DNA of 64,000 nt. Source: Balanoglossus misakiensis. Lineage: Eukaryota > Animalia > Hemichordata. The notes under the pieces were generated by a model. That model saw only the letters and a program-made list of their open reading frames with translations, was not told where the DNA came from and ran no database searches. Both the position numbers and the translations under genes were made by a program. The stretch lies in NCBI GenBank assembly GCA_040954595.2, contig CM082590.2, positions 558,001 through 622,000 of the forward strand, written 5' to 3'. Below, piece by piece: positions 13,246 through 26,259 of the stretch; the stretch's first letter is position 1, and every line of letters starts with the position of its first letter.

Positions 13246-13306
13246 CTCGTTTTCTGGTCTTCAACCTGTGACCTGTAAGTGTTGGTTTGGGCGTCTTCTG
13301 ACTCAT
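13246..13306 (-). CDS. BZW: BZW coding exon 1 (start codon; exon begins at 13317)
   Basis: MSQKTPKPTLTGHRLKTRKR-D matches BZW KPTLSGQRFKTRKRD; GTAAG donor 13241-13245; TAG acceptor 13318-13320. Confidence 0.95.
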
Positions 13307-14279
13307 ACAAATGATAGCTACAGTGACATGGAAATTATTCATTTTAATTATGACTCAAATAAGAACACTCAGCACTGCAACATGGTTAATACAAACCCCA
13401 GTCAGAGCGAAAGTGGGGTAATTAAGCAGCAGGGGATTATGCAATGCAAACACTTGAACTGGCCAGTAACGTTTGAATTGCTCATTTGCATACAGTTTTT
13501 CAACTTTTTTCACAACGAAAGTTTAGCAACTTGCAACCCATTTCTGACAATTATTTCACCCCAGGCACATTACTGGTACTATGAGTGTACTACATGTGAT
13601 TTTTCATGAAGTTTTATCGAGAAGAATTTCTTTACTTCCACTGACAAAATTGTGATCACGAAATTCAAAGTGACCTTGAAGTTAAAAAAAAAAAAAAAAA
13701 AATATCAGCCATACCCACACAAAAATTAACCCCCTCAGGTTTTAGAAACATTATTAAACTCCTCTATTCATAATTTTGACATGAATATATCCATGCCGAG
13801 AGTCAAGGACCACAATTTACAGTGCCATAGGTCAGTCCTGTAGTAGTCAGTCAGCCAGGATATTGTATAGACTCCATATGTAATATGCTAATGAGAGTTA
13901 ATGACGCATTGAAAAGGAAGCCATTACGTCATGGGTTAACATGCGTTGACCTACTTCAATGCATACACATGGAATACACGGCTGTACTCGTCGATGGCGA
14001 AGGCAATTTTTACACCGTCATTACTCCACAACGGAGCGGCTCACAACATTATAATTTCACGGTAACTTAGTTCAATATCTTCCTAACCTACCCAATTTTT
14101 TTCAAGACAAGAAATCTTTGCCGAGAGTCAGGGACCACAATTTCAACCAACATACCGAAACTGTATTTCTCGGGAACGCGTCGTTAAAACTTCACGAAAA
14201 ATCATCCTATCATTGACTGTGGTGTTTCATATACGTCTTAGAAAAATGGATGCACTACGATCACTTGTAGTACCGAAAA

Positions 14280-14400
14280 TCTCCGTTTGAAAATTTTTCG
14301 AACCGGCCGTAACTGCCACTCAGTGACGTTCACATTCAAATAGATCTCTTTGATCTCACCGCCGTAATTAGTCTGCCTCCGCTCAGACTGACCCACTGTT
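14280..14400 (-). promoter_or_regulatory. Candidate BZW non-coding first exon and promoter
   Basis: Strong minus-strand donor CGGCG|GTGAG near 14355-14363 in a CpG-containing patch; an upstream exon is required because the ATG exon has an acceptor. Confidence 0.4.
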
Positions 14401-15020
14401 CTATTTTATTATGGTTGGACATAAAACAGAGGCAGGGTTGTCTGCAAGGCAATACTCTATCATATGCATTGGCCCTGGTGCTATGATGGCACTGTCGCTA
14501 CTACCTTGACAAACATTCTGTTACCTCTGACTTGCATTTCTCTGAAAGTAGACACTTTTGGTGAAGTGTCAACTGGTACAGTGGTAATGCAGATTATCTC
14601 TTATTTTGTACACACAGCATGTTCAAGAATTGGGAGATGCTACGTACATATACAGCTATGATAAGTATTGCCATACAGGAACAACTGCATCATGTATGCT
14701 GAATATTCTACTTGATCCCAACTGACAAAAACATCAAAGGAAAATTGTGGTCACTGCCACTAAAAGAAGTGTGAAACTGACAGCTAAGTTCCCTAAACAA
14801 TAGGCCGTTCACATTACCCAAAACAGGCTAGGTCCTTGTCCTAGCAAGGTACATGGCCAAGCAAAAAAACAAGTGTGAACGGGTCCAGCTGACCCTTGTC
14901 CGGACAATTTTGGTCCCAGTCGAATGGGGCAGTTTGTGGTTGACTCTGGTCCCAGCCTGGTGTGTGTGGACATGTTTTGTCCGACTCTGGTCCTAGTTGA
15001 CACCTTTTACAATTGACATA

Positions 15021-15222
15021 CTGTAAAACACTTTTTTTTCGCGAGTCAAAATTTTCGCGAAATCGAGAGAGGCGACTGTTAGTGTTACGCGAGTATTAAT
15101 TTTCTCGTTTTCACACATTGTTCTTTCACAACTATATGTACGCGAGTCTTTATTTTCGCGTTTTTTTGGCTCTCGCGTATTTAGCGTAAATTTAATGCTC
15201 GCAAAAATAAAGTGTTTTACAG
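15021..15222. mobile_element. Tc1/mariner-type MITE
   Basis: TA-CTGTAAAACACTTT...AAAGTGTTTTACAG-TA; same family as 55569-55776. Confidence 0.85.
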
Positions 15223-16348
15223 TAAACAGTGTAGTCTATCATTTGACAATGGTGAAAATCGCATAAACAACCAGAAGAGGACCAACATGGTTCTGCTTTA
15301 TAAGGTCAAAGGTTGGCGAGACGTCGGCCAGGACTGTGCCAAACACAATGTGAATCATATGGGGGACTAAAGATTAGCTTATCTTGTCACAATCAACGGG
15401 ATTAGTTTTGTTCGGCCATGGGCCTAGATGTGAACCCAGCACAAATTCTTAAGTCCACACCCCCCCCCCCCCCCATAAGCCGTTAGCGTACAACTTCCAT
15501 TTGTTGAACTTGTGTCAATATGGGGGACAGGCCCTTATAAGTTGTAAAATTCAACTGTAATATTTTTCCTTGCAATTTGTGATTACCCTTGATGGTGAAA
15601 ACACAAACTGACACAATGTAACAGACACCAGATTTCAGAGTTGCTAATAATGGCTTGCACAGGTCAAGGGTCACGGACAATCCACAACCATTTTCATTCA
15701 CTGTTACCAAAAGCCTTCACAATTTTAATATCGATTTATTTATCGAAATAGTTAATATTTTTTTCTTTGACATGATAATAAATGTGGAGACCGTAAATAA
15801 CTTGCCACAAAACAAAATCAATTTGAGTTTGAAAATTTAAACAAAGACCTATGCTGGCGATAACATACAATGCCTGAATTTGAAACTGAATAAACTAGAG
15901 AAATCAAATGTACAACTTCCTCTTTACAATTGGACAGCGTTTTGCCAAATAATATTCGATCGACACTAACGGTTATCAAAAATGTAGCCAAGACTAGTTG
16001 CTGGATAACCCGGTCAAAGTCTATAAGATGAAAAACACTCGGACTACTTACGTTAGGGGCTCCTCTGTGTGAAAAATGACTGAACAATCGCTTATCACTG
16101 TACTGATGTGCAACGTGATTTTCTTCCTTTTGCACACGAGCCGCCTCGTTCGAAGAAGTATTTTCTTGCCTGCTGTAATCCATTCATTGATACACAAAAT
16201 ACCGAAACAGACTAAAATACCATATTTTTTTCGATAGTTTATAATATTGTTTTAATGCCTATTCCCAATTTTTACGATTACTGACACTATTGTTTTCCAC
16301 TAATTGTACAGATTTTCTCAATCTGCGAACGAGCCCAATACTGACAAA

Positions 16349-16424
16349 ATGGCGGACCTTTCAAGAAAGACTGACCTTGGTTTGCTTGAAGAAGATGATG
16401 AATTTGAAGAGTTCCCAGCGGAAG
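16349..16424 (+). CDS. SEM1: SEM1/DSS1 26S proteasome lid subunit, exon 1
   Basis: MADLSRKTDLGLLEEDDEFEEFPAE (hallmark LGLLEEDDEFEEFP); GT donor at 16425. Confidence 0.97.
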
Positions 16425-16620
16425 GTACACGATTTTTCATTCAGATTTTCTAAAGTTGATTACAATCACGATGTTCGAAAATTCTGCGGGGAAATTAGAT
16501 GTAATTCTCGATGAAGACGCATCAGTTTAAAAATATGCATGTCATTACAAACAAACGAAAGGCACAAGGCACTCCTAATCCTATATTCAGACTTCAGCCA
16601 TGTGGTGTGGTTATTTCTAC

Positions 16621-16953
16621 GGTAACAAGTCGTTTCGACACTAAACCCTTTCGCCCTAGTCGTTTCGCCCCCCCCCCCCCCCCAATTTCCACGCCCAAGT
16701 CGTTTCGGCACTTTCGGCGCATCCCCCTAATCCTAAACTTGGCTCTAGGTCCCTCGGGTACATACCCATAACAAGAGCAAGGAAAATACGATAAAGCGAG
16801 TGAAACATGAGCGTTATTGTCAATGGACCGGCGGTACGGTTAGTGTAGAGCATGCAGTTTTGTAGCCCTACGACTCCCCTTGACGATTTTTGTTTTGGAC
16901 AGAGTCGTGAAAATTGGGGGCTGAAAGGGTTTAGTGCCGAAACGACTCGAACC
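16621..16953. mobile_element. Small TIR element
   Basis: IR AGTCGTTTCGACACTAAACCCTT / AAGGGTTTAGTGCCGAAACGACT; TSD unclear. Confidence 0.6.
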
Positions 16954-17709
16954 CTCAACTCTACAGTCTTTTGGTTGAACAAATGTAGCTGCAATAATTG
17001 TAGCCTTGGTGGTGGGCTGGTTGATCGCTGACGGCTGGCTAGCCCTGCGTACAGGTCTGTGTGTTCCCGGCGTTACACGGCCTCCACCACAGCCCTGCAA
17101 GGCGCCATAGAAAAAAAATGGTGCTTCTGCGGTCCGGATCCGGACCGCAGCTTTTTCGGCCGAAATTTGATTTTATCGAAGCAAAATTAGTCCAGGAGAT
17201 AGGTGCCGTTAATCAGAATTTTTGGTAAGGAAGGTTTGAGAAGGTCATTCTATGTAAAAAATGGTGCTGATTCCAAAAAAGTCAGTCTTATTGACCCCAC
17301 TCAAGACAGAAGAGTTGACAGACAACAAATTTATTCAGTTTATATCATATAATTCTTACTAAAACGTTCCCTGAATAAATCCCTGTGCCTAGAGTCAACC
17401 CTAAACACTTTGTATTCAAGTGAGAGTGCCTCATGTCCGGAAATCGTGCTCCCTTTTTTTTCATAAAAATAATAGTCCCTGTTTCTACCAGCTTACACTC
17501 TCGGTGCGAATTGCAAAAGTGTTAACGATGGTTTCTTCAAAGCAATTTCAGCCCTCAAAAATGTATATAAGACCAGTTTTACTGTCATTTTGAAGCCTAA
17601 TTTTCAGTTGAAAATGAACATCGCATCTCGATTTTCAATCGACGCGATCGCGATGATTGAGCGAGAAAAGTCCTGGTCAGGTGATCAGTAACCTTTGACC
17701 AAGGCCAGT

Positions 17710-18222
17710 GAGGGTCACTTGCAAAGCACTTCCGGCTAGCCTCGAGTAGACATGTACGTTTCGATGCGTCTAGGCGATCACTTTCTTTGAACTTGAAGCA
17801 TTTACGTAGGATATTTTCGAAATTTTTGGAAACCGGACATTTAGTTGTGCACATTAGTACCAAGTTCGTTCTCTGTGATTTTTTTGGCTCACTTAATTTT
17901 TTAACCGTTTATTCGAAAGCAATTGTAATGATTGATGTACTGGCCGTGGGGCTATGCATACGCCGACGATAGTAAGTGCATGATGGCCGCCGAGCGTGAA
18001 AAGCCTTACCGTAGGCCAACATACCGTAGCAGCTTTTTGATTCGTCCTATATATATACAACTCAGTTTTCTTCTCAAAAATGTAGCATTTGAAAAAAAAT
18101 ACCATACCAAACCACAAATAAACGAAACCCAATTATTTTACGCACAATGAGTACAAGAAATATATGCATGTTTCTGTTAGTAAATATGATTGTAGTAGTT
18201 ACGCAAGTCAAACGGCGTGCGT
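17710..18222. repeat. Dispersed repeat shared with ~48200-48730
   Basis: Collinear shared blocks (CGATCACTTTCTTTGAAC, TTACCGTAGGCCAACATACCGT, TAGTTACGCAAGTCAAACGGCG). Confidence 0.8.
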
Positions 18223-18938
18223 GTTTCAAAGTATGTGTCGAGATACCCTAAATCGTCACAGGCTGTAAACTTTTTTCCAGTAGAGTTGCCACTAATCGTG
18301 TTGATGATAATGACCTGACATGTAGATTGATCAATAATGTCCATAGGTTAACCAAAATGGCACACTATTTGGGTGAGGACTATGACCCTGATGGCACCTG
18401 AGTCCTGTACTGTGATGTAATTGAGTTTTACAAATTTACAATTTACATGTACATGCATGTCACAAATTGAGTGTTCAGTAAAAGAACAGAATGTGTGAAA
18501 AATCATGGAGTTTGTTAATTTGTGTATATCTGATTGAATAGTGATCAGGTTTTATTTAAATTGCCTAATCTATGATGAATTCGAGTGTTTGTGAAAATGG
18601 GGAGGGGGGGGGATGTTAAGTATGGTTTTGTTGTTTAAATAAATCAAACTTTCTTTGTAGTAAATAGTAATTATGTTTTGCTTTGCTCATTACTTCATAG
18701 ATTGGGGTAAGATTTCAATGTTTGTCTCAATCTATGAAGTCAGCCATACTTTCAAATACATATGCAAATACATGCAAATTAATATTAATATGCAAATTTT
18801 CATCCGTGAAGAACACTGACATGTATAATTCATTGCTCAAATACCGCGCTTCTGGTTGTCAGATTTGCAATAGATGTATTAAAAGGGTAATTACATGCAG
18901 TTGACATACATGTAGTTGTTGTTGTTTGTGTTGAATAG

Positions 18939-19035
18939 AATGGACAGGACAAGATGAAGACCAAGATGATGTCAATGTTTGGGAAGACAACTGGGATGAT
19001 GATAACATTGAAGATGATTTCTCGAACCAATTAAG
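18939..19035 (+). CDS. SEM1: SEM1 exon 2
   Basis: (E)[31 protein letters not shown](R); TAG acceptor, GTCAGT donor; 97 nt. Confidence 0.97.
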
Positions 19036-19124
19036 GTCAGTGTAGTTTCATCAACAGGGGGATATGTGTCCCTTTGCCTTTTTTTTTTTTTTTGGGGGGG
19101 GGGGGGGGTTTATTTATACATCAC

Positions 19125-19784
19125 CAGTGTTCTCCCCAGAATTTTTATAGGATATCGGCTAATTTGCATAAATTTACATAACAATGAACATGTTTAGCTT
19201 GCCTTTTTACAAATCTATGAGTAGACATGGCAGTAAACAATATTTAACATGGCATAATCAACATTCATATATCAAGTGAAAGTACAGTGGCTGGCTGTGA
19301 ACACACAGAAATAAGCACCATGCAAACCCCCAGGTTTCGAAAGACAGCTCATATTGTAATAAACCGGGTTTTACTTTGAACATAATAAACACATGGACAT
19401 CGGAAGCAACTACCTCTATCTACCGCGTCTCGATCAGACTCGACTGCATGCGCGGAAGATGTAAACAAATATGGCGGCCACCATGTACCAGCTGACCCCA
19501 GGACGGCACGATCTCCGTTTCACACCTCCAGTCAGTCGCTAAAGAGCTGTGAACGTGTGAATGTCGACCAAAACCATACAAAACGATTGCAATGTTCGTT
19601 TCATTGTTTAATTTTTTTATTTTACAACAAAAGACGTTCATTTGTGAAAAAGCAACACAGGTGTGAATAGGCGATTCCATTTACAATAGGATATCGCCTA
19701 GCGTATTGGCCTGATTGATAGCGTATCGGGCAAAATTATAGGATATCGGCCCCGATATGCTAAAACCCTCTGGGGAGAACACTG
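19125..19784. mobile_element. hAT-like MITE with 6-bp TSD
   Basis: TIR CAGTGTTCTCCCCAGA / TCTGGGGAGAACACTG; CATCAC duplicated at 19119-19124 and 19785-19790. Confidence 0.85.
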
Positions 19785-19799
19785 CATCACCCTTGGAGC

Positions 19800-20400
19800 C
19801 CCTGTTTTTCAAGCACAATATCAACTGTATGATGTGTGCTGATGACTCCTAGCTGCTTATGATTATGAAATGAACACAACACACAGAAACCAGTCAAGTA
19901 TTGACATCAAACAAGCTTAAACTGAATGACAACAAGACTGAAATCATCCATTTTTCATCACACTTTAGCAAAACAGTTTCTATACCATGTATAGAAATTG
20001 GCGAAAGCTCTGTTTGTGCATCATCAGTTATACGTGACCTTAGTGTTATGCTTGATTGAGAACTTAAAATGACAAATCATGTAAACTACATCTACAAGAC
20101 AGCATCTTTAGCAATTAGACAGATTGATCAAATTCGCTGATACTTTGACAATTCCAGCAATGAAAAACAAGTCCGTGCTTTTATTACGTCTAGACTGGAT
20201 TACTGCAATGCAGTTCTGTACGGACTTCTGAAAAAAGAGTTGCAAAAAATACAACGAGTTCAAAATACTGCCGCTAGACTTGTCGTCAGAAGCTGAAAAT
20301 ATGACCATATCTCTCCTGTATTACGATGTCTTCACTGGTTGCCTGTGAAGGAGACTACAAAATAGACTACAAAATTCTACTAACTGTCTATAAGGCCTGC
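19800..20400 (+). mobile_element. Decayed L2/CR1-type LINE RT fragment
   Basis: Remnants of (Y)ADD, LKLNDNKTE, RLDYCN, QRVQNTAARL, LHWLPV with stops and frameshifts. Confidence 0.85.
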
Positions 20401-20954
20401 CTACTTAAGGCGGATTATGATAAGACTATGCAAATGTGAAAAAGTCAGGCTCATGGCTACTGGCAAGATGTACTGTGTGTGCTCACGGATTTCGAGAAAT
20501 ACACCGGGTTTATGGCTTTCATTGTCATCCAATCTTACATATGATATCCATGAATATATAGCGAGTACATGTATGTGGAAAATACATTGAAAAATCCTGC
20601 AGTGTTCAGTGTTTTCTCCAGGACGCATTATTGCGCGATTCCCCCTCTTTTACACTTGAATCGCCCCTTGTAACAAGTTCAGGGGGTGACAATCGCCCCT
20701 TGGTGAGCAGCCCACCCGGCCAGTACATGCGCGTCCAAGCCTCCGTAGCATGCACCGTCAGTCAAAACACTGGGATAATGGCCGATATTACAGCGTGCTG
20801 GCCTGTACATTTTAACTTCCCACCCCCAAAACTATGTTGTAGATGACTTTCACATTCAATTACGTGTAATTTAGCTCCAGGGCTATAGTGTGCAATTGTT
20901 GGAACAGCCTATCTGGACACTGTCTAAATTTAGAGCACACACTCTGCACTCAAG

Positions 20955-21586
20955 GGGTTAGCCTAATTCAAGATTCTCGTTTCAAGTTTCAAGATTTACG
21001 TTTCACGTTCCAAGATTCAGCAGTGAACTTGGATTCACGATTCAATTCCAACACTAAACTTATATTCTGATACAGATTCGAGTCTTGTCACGTCCTTTCG
21101 CCATCTACATTGCATTCACTTGATTCAGAATATAGGAATTAGTCCTTTTGCTTTAGTTATCGGTTGTAAAATATACCCGGACCCTAAACCTATCAATTAT
21201 ATCAGAATTACGCTTAAAAGTATCTGTGAATACCGAGATGGCCGGCCATGGTGCGATCTCAGGCCTAGGGTCATTCATGTGTTAGAAAATAATAAATAGG
21301 GTGCATCTCTCTTTGAAAAATGTTGTTGAAACTGAACTTGAAGAGATACCCGACAATGACGTCACGCGATAATCGAACAGAATATTTGGGGAACCTTGCT
21401 TGGGCGGGGATCGAGGACAATAAACAATCGTACGCACCCCTGGTTACGGCAGCATAATCATATTAGACAAGACTCGAATCTGAATCAGAATATAAGTTTA
21501 GTGTTGGAAGTGAATCGTGAATCCAAGTTCACTACTGAATCTTGGGCCGTGAAACTTGAAACGTGAATCTTGAATTAGGCTAACCC
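20955..21586. mobile_element. Mutator-like MITE, ~130-bp TIR, 9-bp TSD
   Basis: GGGTTAGCCTAATTCAAGATTC...GAATCTTGAATTAGGCTAACCC; TSD GCACTCAAG at 20946-20954 and 21587-21595. Confidence 0.9.
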
Positions 21587-21698
21587 GCACTCAAGTGATG
21601 GCTGAACGTAACAATTTTATGCAAATTAAAAGAACTGCGTTCATCACAGTTTTCCATGACCTTGTTTTCTTACTTAGGAAGGAAAGTCATTCAATATG

Positions 21699-22111
21699 TA
21701 GCCCGGAGACACAGGCGTTGATCTAGATCTAGAATACAACGCCCGGGGATAGTCGACAAATTTCCTGCTGAGCTGAAAGATAGTAGCCCTGGCAACGATC
21801 AGGGTCGCTTAGTAACGAATGGATAACGAGTGATCTATCTGATCAAATGTTGACGGGCGCCAGTGGTTGGATGATATAATTAACAAAGCTTGGTAAACCA
21901 CTCCCACATCCCCGTCGCGGGAATTTCACACATGACTCCACCTCTATTTCCTTATTTAGAATGCGATGATGTCATTTGGTTTACATTGAGTGACCAATTA
22001 GCTTACACACAAGATTACCACCAGTGTCGTTCAGCGCACAGAATTCGGTGCGTAAATAGAGACTGTCCCCGGGCATTCCTTTTCCCCTACTACGCCTGTG
22101 TCTCCGGGCTA
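21699..22111. mobile_element. TAG...CTA MITE with 9-bp TSD (AcademH-like)
   Basis: TIR TAGCCCGGAGACACAGGCGT; TSD TTCAATATG on both sides; second copy at 57503-57918. Confidence 0.88.
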
Positions 22112-22220
22112 TTCAATATGTACAGAGACTGTTTATTTGAGTAGTGTGCTTAGCCACAGATGGGAAGTGTTGGCAGAAATCTGAAGGAATATATACTACT
22201 TCAATTTATTTCACTATTAA

Positions 22221-22812
22221 AGCCTCAGTATTTCTCGTAGGGGCAAAATTTTGTTTGAAACGGCATCTATAATTTCTAAAAGTAGATGATAATTGATACT
22301 GAATCGAACAGTCATCATCCCCAGCTCTGCTCATAAACTCATACAATTTACAATATAACGAGTGAAGAATGACTTTCTGTCCGGACAGAAAGTCAGGCTC
22401 TGTTGACACACGTGACCACTGCGCATGCGCACTCAAATGTGAATTTATGCGAAAGAGGTTTGGTCGCCCCAAATCAAGCGACTCAGCGAAGAAATGCGCA
22501 CTAATTCGGCGAAATTTTGGGAAGATAACTTTATGGGAGAAATCAGTCGATGGAACCAGATCAAATCCGAAAATGGTCTGACCATCATATGTCAAAGTGG
22601 CACGTTTGCTGATCGACATGTACAACATTTCCGTTGTAAACAAACCCGCGCACCATTTCAAGTGTTACGGGTTATATTTACAGCTTGCACGTAGCTACAG
22701 TTGCCCAAACCTTTCTTCTATCTTCATTATGTAGTATTCCATGATGAATGTACGGGAAAAACGGGCATTTTTCGATGATGAAAAATGGATACACACGAGA
22801 AATACTGGGGCT
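22221..22812. mobile_element. Kolobok-type MITE
   Basis: TTAA-AGCCTCAGTATTTCTCGT ... ACGAGAAATACTGGGGCT-TTAA. Confidence 0.88.
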
Positions 22813-24538
22813 TTAATGGTTTCACAATCTATTATTTTTGCAGCTAAAAAAACTGAAACTTTTAAAATCAAACAAGAATTTTTTTACCAGGTATAGTATT
22901 AAAGAAAGGCACTATTGTTTTTGCAGTTGCATTTATTTTATTCATTTCACTCTCCTTGCCAGGGGAGCAGTTACACTCTCCTACCACTTGTGTAATTAAT
23001 TTCAGGAGAGTTATTTTCAGCTCTCCAGGCTTTTTTAAAATACATGCCTGAAAGTTATGCAAGTTGGTGTCTCCCTCTGCAAAACCTATTAATTTAAAGA
23101 AGACAAAAATGGAACTGTTAATATGTTGTCAAGTTCACACATAAAATGTTGTAATTTACTAATACTGTTTTCAATATGGAATGAAGGCAGTTAGTAAGTT
23201 AACGTTCAAAATTGTCATTCGTGACATTTACTTCGACCAAATCCCCCCTTAATTTTGGACTAAGGGGGGACATTCCCCTTCTCTCAACATCCTGGAGAAA
23301 TTACTGGGTTCAACTGGCCGCGGACTTGTGTGCATTTTGACACGTGTCAGCATAGCAGTATGTATATACAGTAAATTCCTGCATTTAAGCTCCACTTTTC
23401 AACCATTTCAAATTTTGGTGGCGCCTAAACAAAGGCAGGAATTTGCCTTTTCAAAAATCGGTGGCGCTTATTCATTGATCGCCCTGTATACTGTACCCTG
23501 TTGATTCATATGCAAATGATTTGGGACGTTCCATTCAGTGTTCTCGTAAGGGGGTGTCCGCAGTGAATGAATGGCTGTTTAAATTCATATGTAAAGTTTT
23601 AACATTTTCTGTTCATATACAGTCAGTTCAATGTATTGTCTAATAAATATTCCAGAAATAAAAAGTTGTCAACGAAGTGAATACTACGAGCAGCATTACA
23701 GTATGCTGGCTGAACCATCAACAAAATCTACTGACGTATAGTGGTTTAGTCCAAGTGCGTCTTTGTCATGCTCTCACACATGTAAGGTCTGGCAAGGTTG
23801 CCTGAATACTCAGGTTGCGTGAATATTCATGAGAAAATTAATACCGCAAACATTCACAACTTGAAGTTGAAGCTAGTCCTATTATTTCAAAGCCCTGGCC
23901 ATATGGTCAAACTTGGGTGGTAGTGCCTGTAGCAGGAAAAAGACGAGTGTCTAGACGCCCAGCACCTGTGTCTTTTGCAGTGAATAATAATTTACATAAA
24001 TTAGGAGGTTGACATGTGCCCGATTTCATCTTGTAAATAAATAACACATCAGCCCAAAGCATGCATTGTCTGCTCAGGTCAATTATTATTCATGCAGCAA
24101 GCCCCCTAAACAGGTGTTCCCCCAGTAGTACTTGCCATGATTCAGTATGTCCACACACCTAAAAAAAAAATTCCTGGCACTTAATTTTAAGTAAAAAGTA
24201 GCAAAGTCAGGTAGCACTGGCGCCTAATCACAGGTGACGCTTAATTGCAGGAATTTACGGTATATAAAATTTACCAATGTTCTTAAACAGAGACCTACTA
24301 CCGTGCATGTAACAATATACAATGTACATTGATTTATCATTGTATTATGTGGACAACCAGCTATTGCTCTTGGGCTGCCAACTTTAGAAAATGGTAGCCC
24401 ACTGAGGCTACCAAGAAAAAAAAAACGAATTTCGAGCCCTGCATAGTGATGCATGATGTCCTGAAGAAGCTATGATTATGTAAATTTTATGTTAATTAGA
24501 TATTGTCCCCAAAAATATGATTTGTCCCCCTGTCTAAC

Positions 24539-25478
24539 CATAGACCCTAGAGAAAGAAGGACGCGCAACTCCAGGTTTTTCTTGAAACGATGTTCTTTTG
24601 CATACATTATTTCCGGATAATCCCCAATAATCCAATTTGCAAATAAACTATGTATAAACTAACGCAAAATCTCGCGTTTTGCGTGAAGTTATGACAAACA
24701 CCTCACAACACTGCAACGTGGTTGAACTGCAGCGATCATTTATGAAACACATCTGGACAAGTTAAACACGAATTTGACACTTCTGAGTCTGACAGCGTCC
24801 AAAACAAGCATCCTTTGTCTAACAGTCCCGGTATTTGACAAGGCTGTGAGCTAACCGTACCTAGGGTTTCCTGTCGTCGTCAACCATGAAAAAACCAAGA
24901 TGGCGGCCATAGCGCACACGTGAAAATCCATAAAGTTTGTTTACAAATTGTTTTCGTGAAATCTGTTTCATTGTTCACGCACTGCGAAATAAAATGCCCC
25001 TAAACCACAATTTTTGTTTCAATGCTTCACGCAAACATAAAATTATTACGAAAAGTGTCAGCATTACCAAGAAGTATGAGTGCCCAGTCGGACATGCAAA
25101 AAACATGGATGATTTGTTTACAATTTTTAAATGAAGCCTGTGGCACTAGAAATGACCGTTCAACCGACAGACGAACACCAAACCATAATAAATAGCACAG
25201 ACAACGTAATACTTTATGAATTTTAGAAAAAAACGCAATGGCTGCTGAAATATAGCAGTGCCAGTTTGGCGGCTACTGTCGCGCATCACAGAGTTGCGTT
25301 TATTTTTTGGTGATATGTTAATGATATGCTAATGACATCGACTCTTGCCAAAGTGGAGATTCACGCGTGCCACCGTCCTAGGTGTTAATTATATGCAAAA
25401 GAACATCATCATACCGATAATCCCCAAACCCTTTGATCTTTGCCGCAGTTGCGCGTCCTTCTTTCTCTAGGGTCTATG
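24539..25478. mobile_element. P-superfamily-like MITE, 32-bp perfect TIR, 7-bp TSD
   Basis: CATAGACCCTAGAGAAAGAAGGACGCGCAACT and its reverse complement; TSD GTCTAAC at 24532-24538 and 25479-25485. Confidence 0.9.
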
Positions 25479-25599
25479 GTCTAACCTGCTGAGGGTCATA
25501 ATGTCCCCATGCTTTGAAAAGCTGGCTGAAACACTGTTCCATAATAGAAAAACACTCTGACCATTCCCTTGACTTAATTTTTGTCTTTAATTTTTACAG

Positions 25600-25657
25600 G
25601 ACAGAACTTGAGAAACAGGGCCACAAGGTTGATCAAGTCACACCGATGCAGTCATGA
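25600..25657 (+). CDS. SEM1: SEM1 exon 3 (stop codon)
   Basis: (R)TELEKQGHKVDQVTPMQS*; polypyrimidine tract and CAG acceptor; the three exons total 231 nt = 76 aa + stop. Confidence 0.95.
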
Positions 25658-25960
25658 TGAAGACGATTGCAGCCATGGTTTTGTGAACAGAGACAGTGAA
25701 ATGTTTCCGTGTTGGGTGGGTGGTATGGGAATAATTTGCTGCATGTAGCTGCAGACATACAGTCGAACCTGTCTATAGTGGCCACTCAAGGGACTTTCCT
25801 AAACTGGACTTTTTATTCAGATTGCCTTTATACACAGGTCAATTAATGCACATGTAAATTACTGTACTGTCTGACAAACCTTTTGACAAAGTTGAAGATC
25901 CATAAGCAGACATTGACATACAGCCTTATGACCACAGCACCACACATAGTCAGATATGAC

Positions 25961-26259
25961 ACTACTGTATACTTCTCTGCCAAAAATGCATACTCCTTAG
26001 TCCTTGTTATATTATCCTTCGGGTGTGTTTGTTTGTTTTACTGACAATAAATAGGGTGAAACTACTGTATACTTCTCTGCCAAAAATGCATACTCCTTAG
26101 TCCTTGTTATATTATCCTTCGGGTGTGTTTGTTTGTTTTACTGACAATAAATAGGGTGAAACTACTGTATACTTCTCTGCCAAAAATGCATACTCCTTAG
26201 TCCTTGTTATATTATCCTTCGGGTGTGTTTGTTTGTTTTACTGACAATAAATAGGGTGA
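25961..26259 (+). repeat. Three tandem copies of a 100-bp unit, each with AATAAA, in the putative SEM1 3' UTR
   Basis: Units start at 25961, 26061 and 26161 (ACTACTGTATACTTCTCTGCC...CAATAAATAGGGTGA). Confidence 0.95.
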
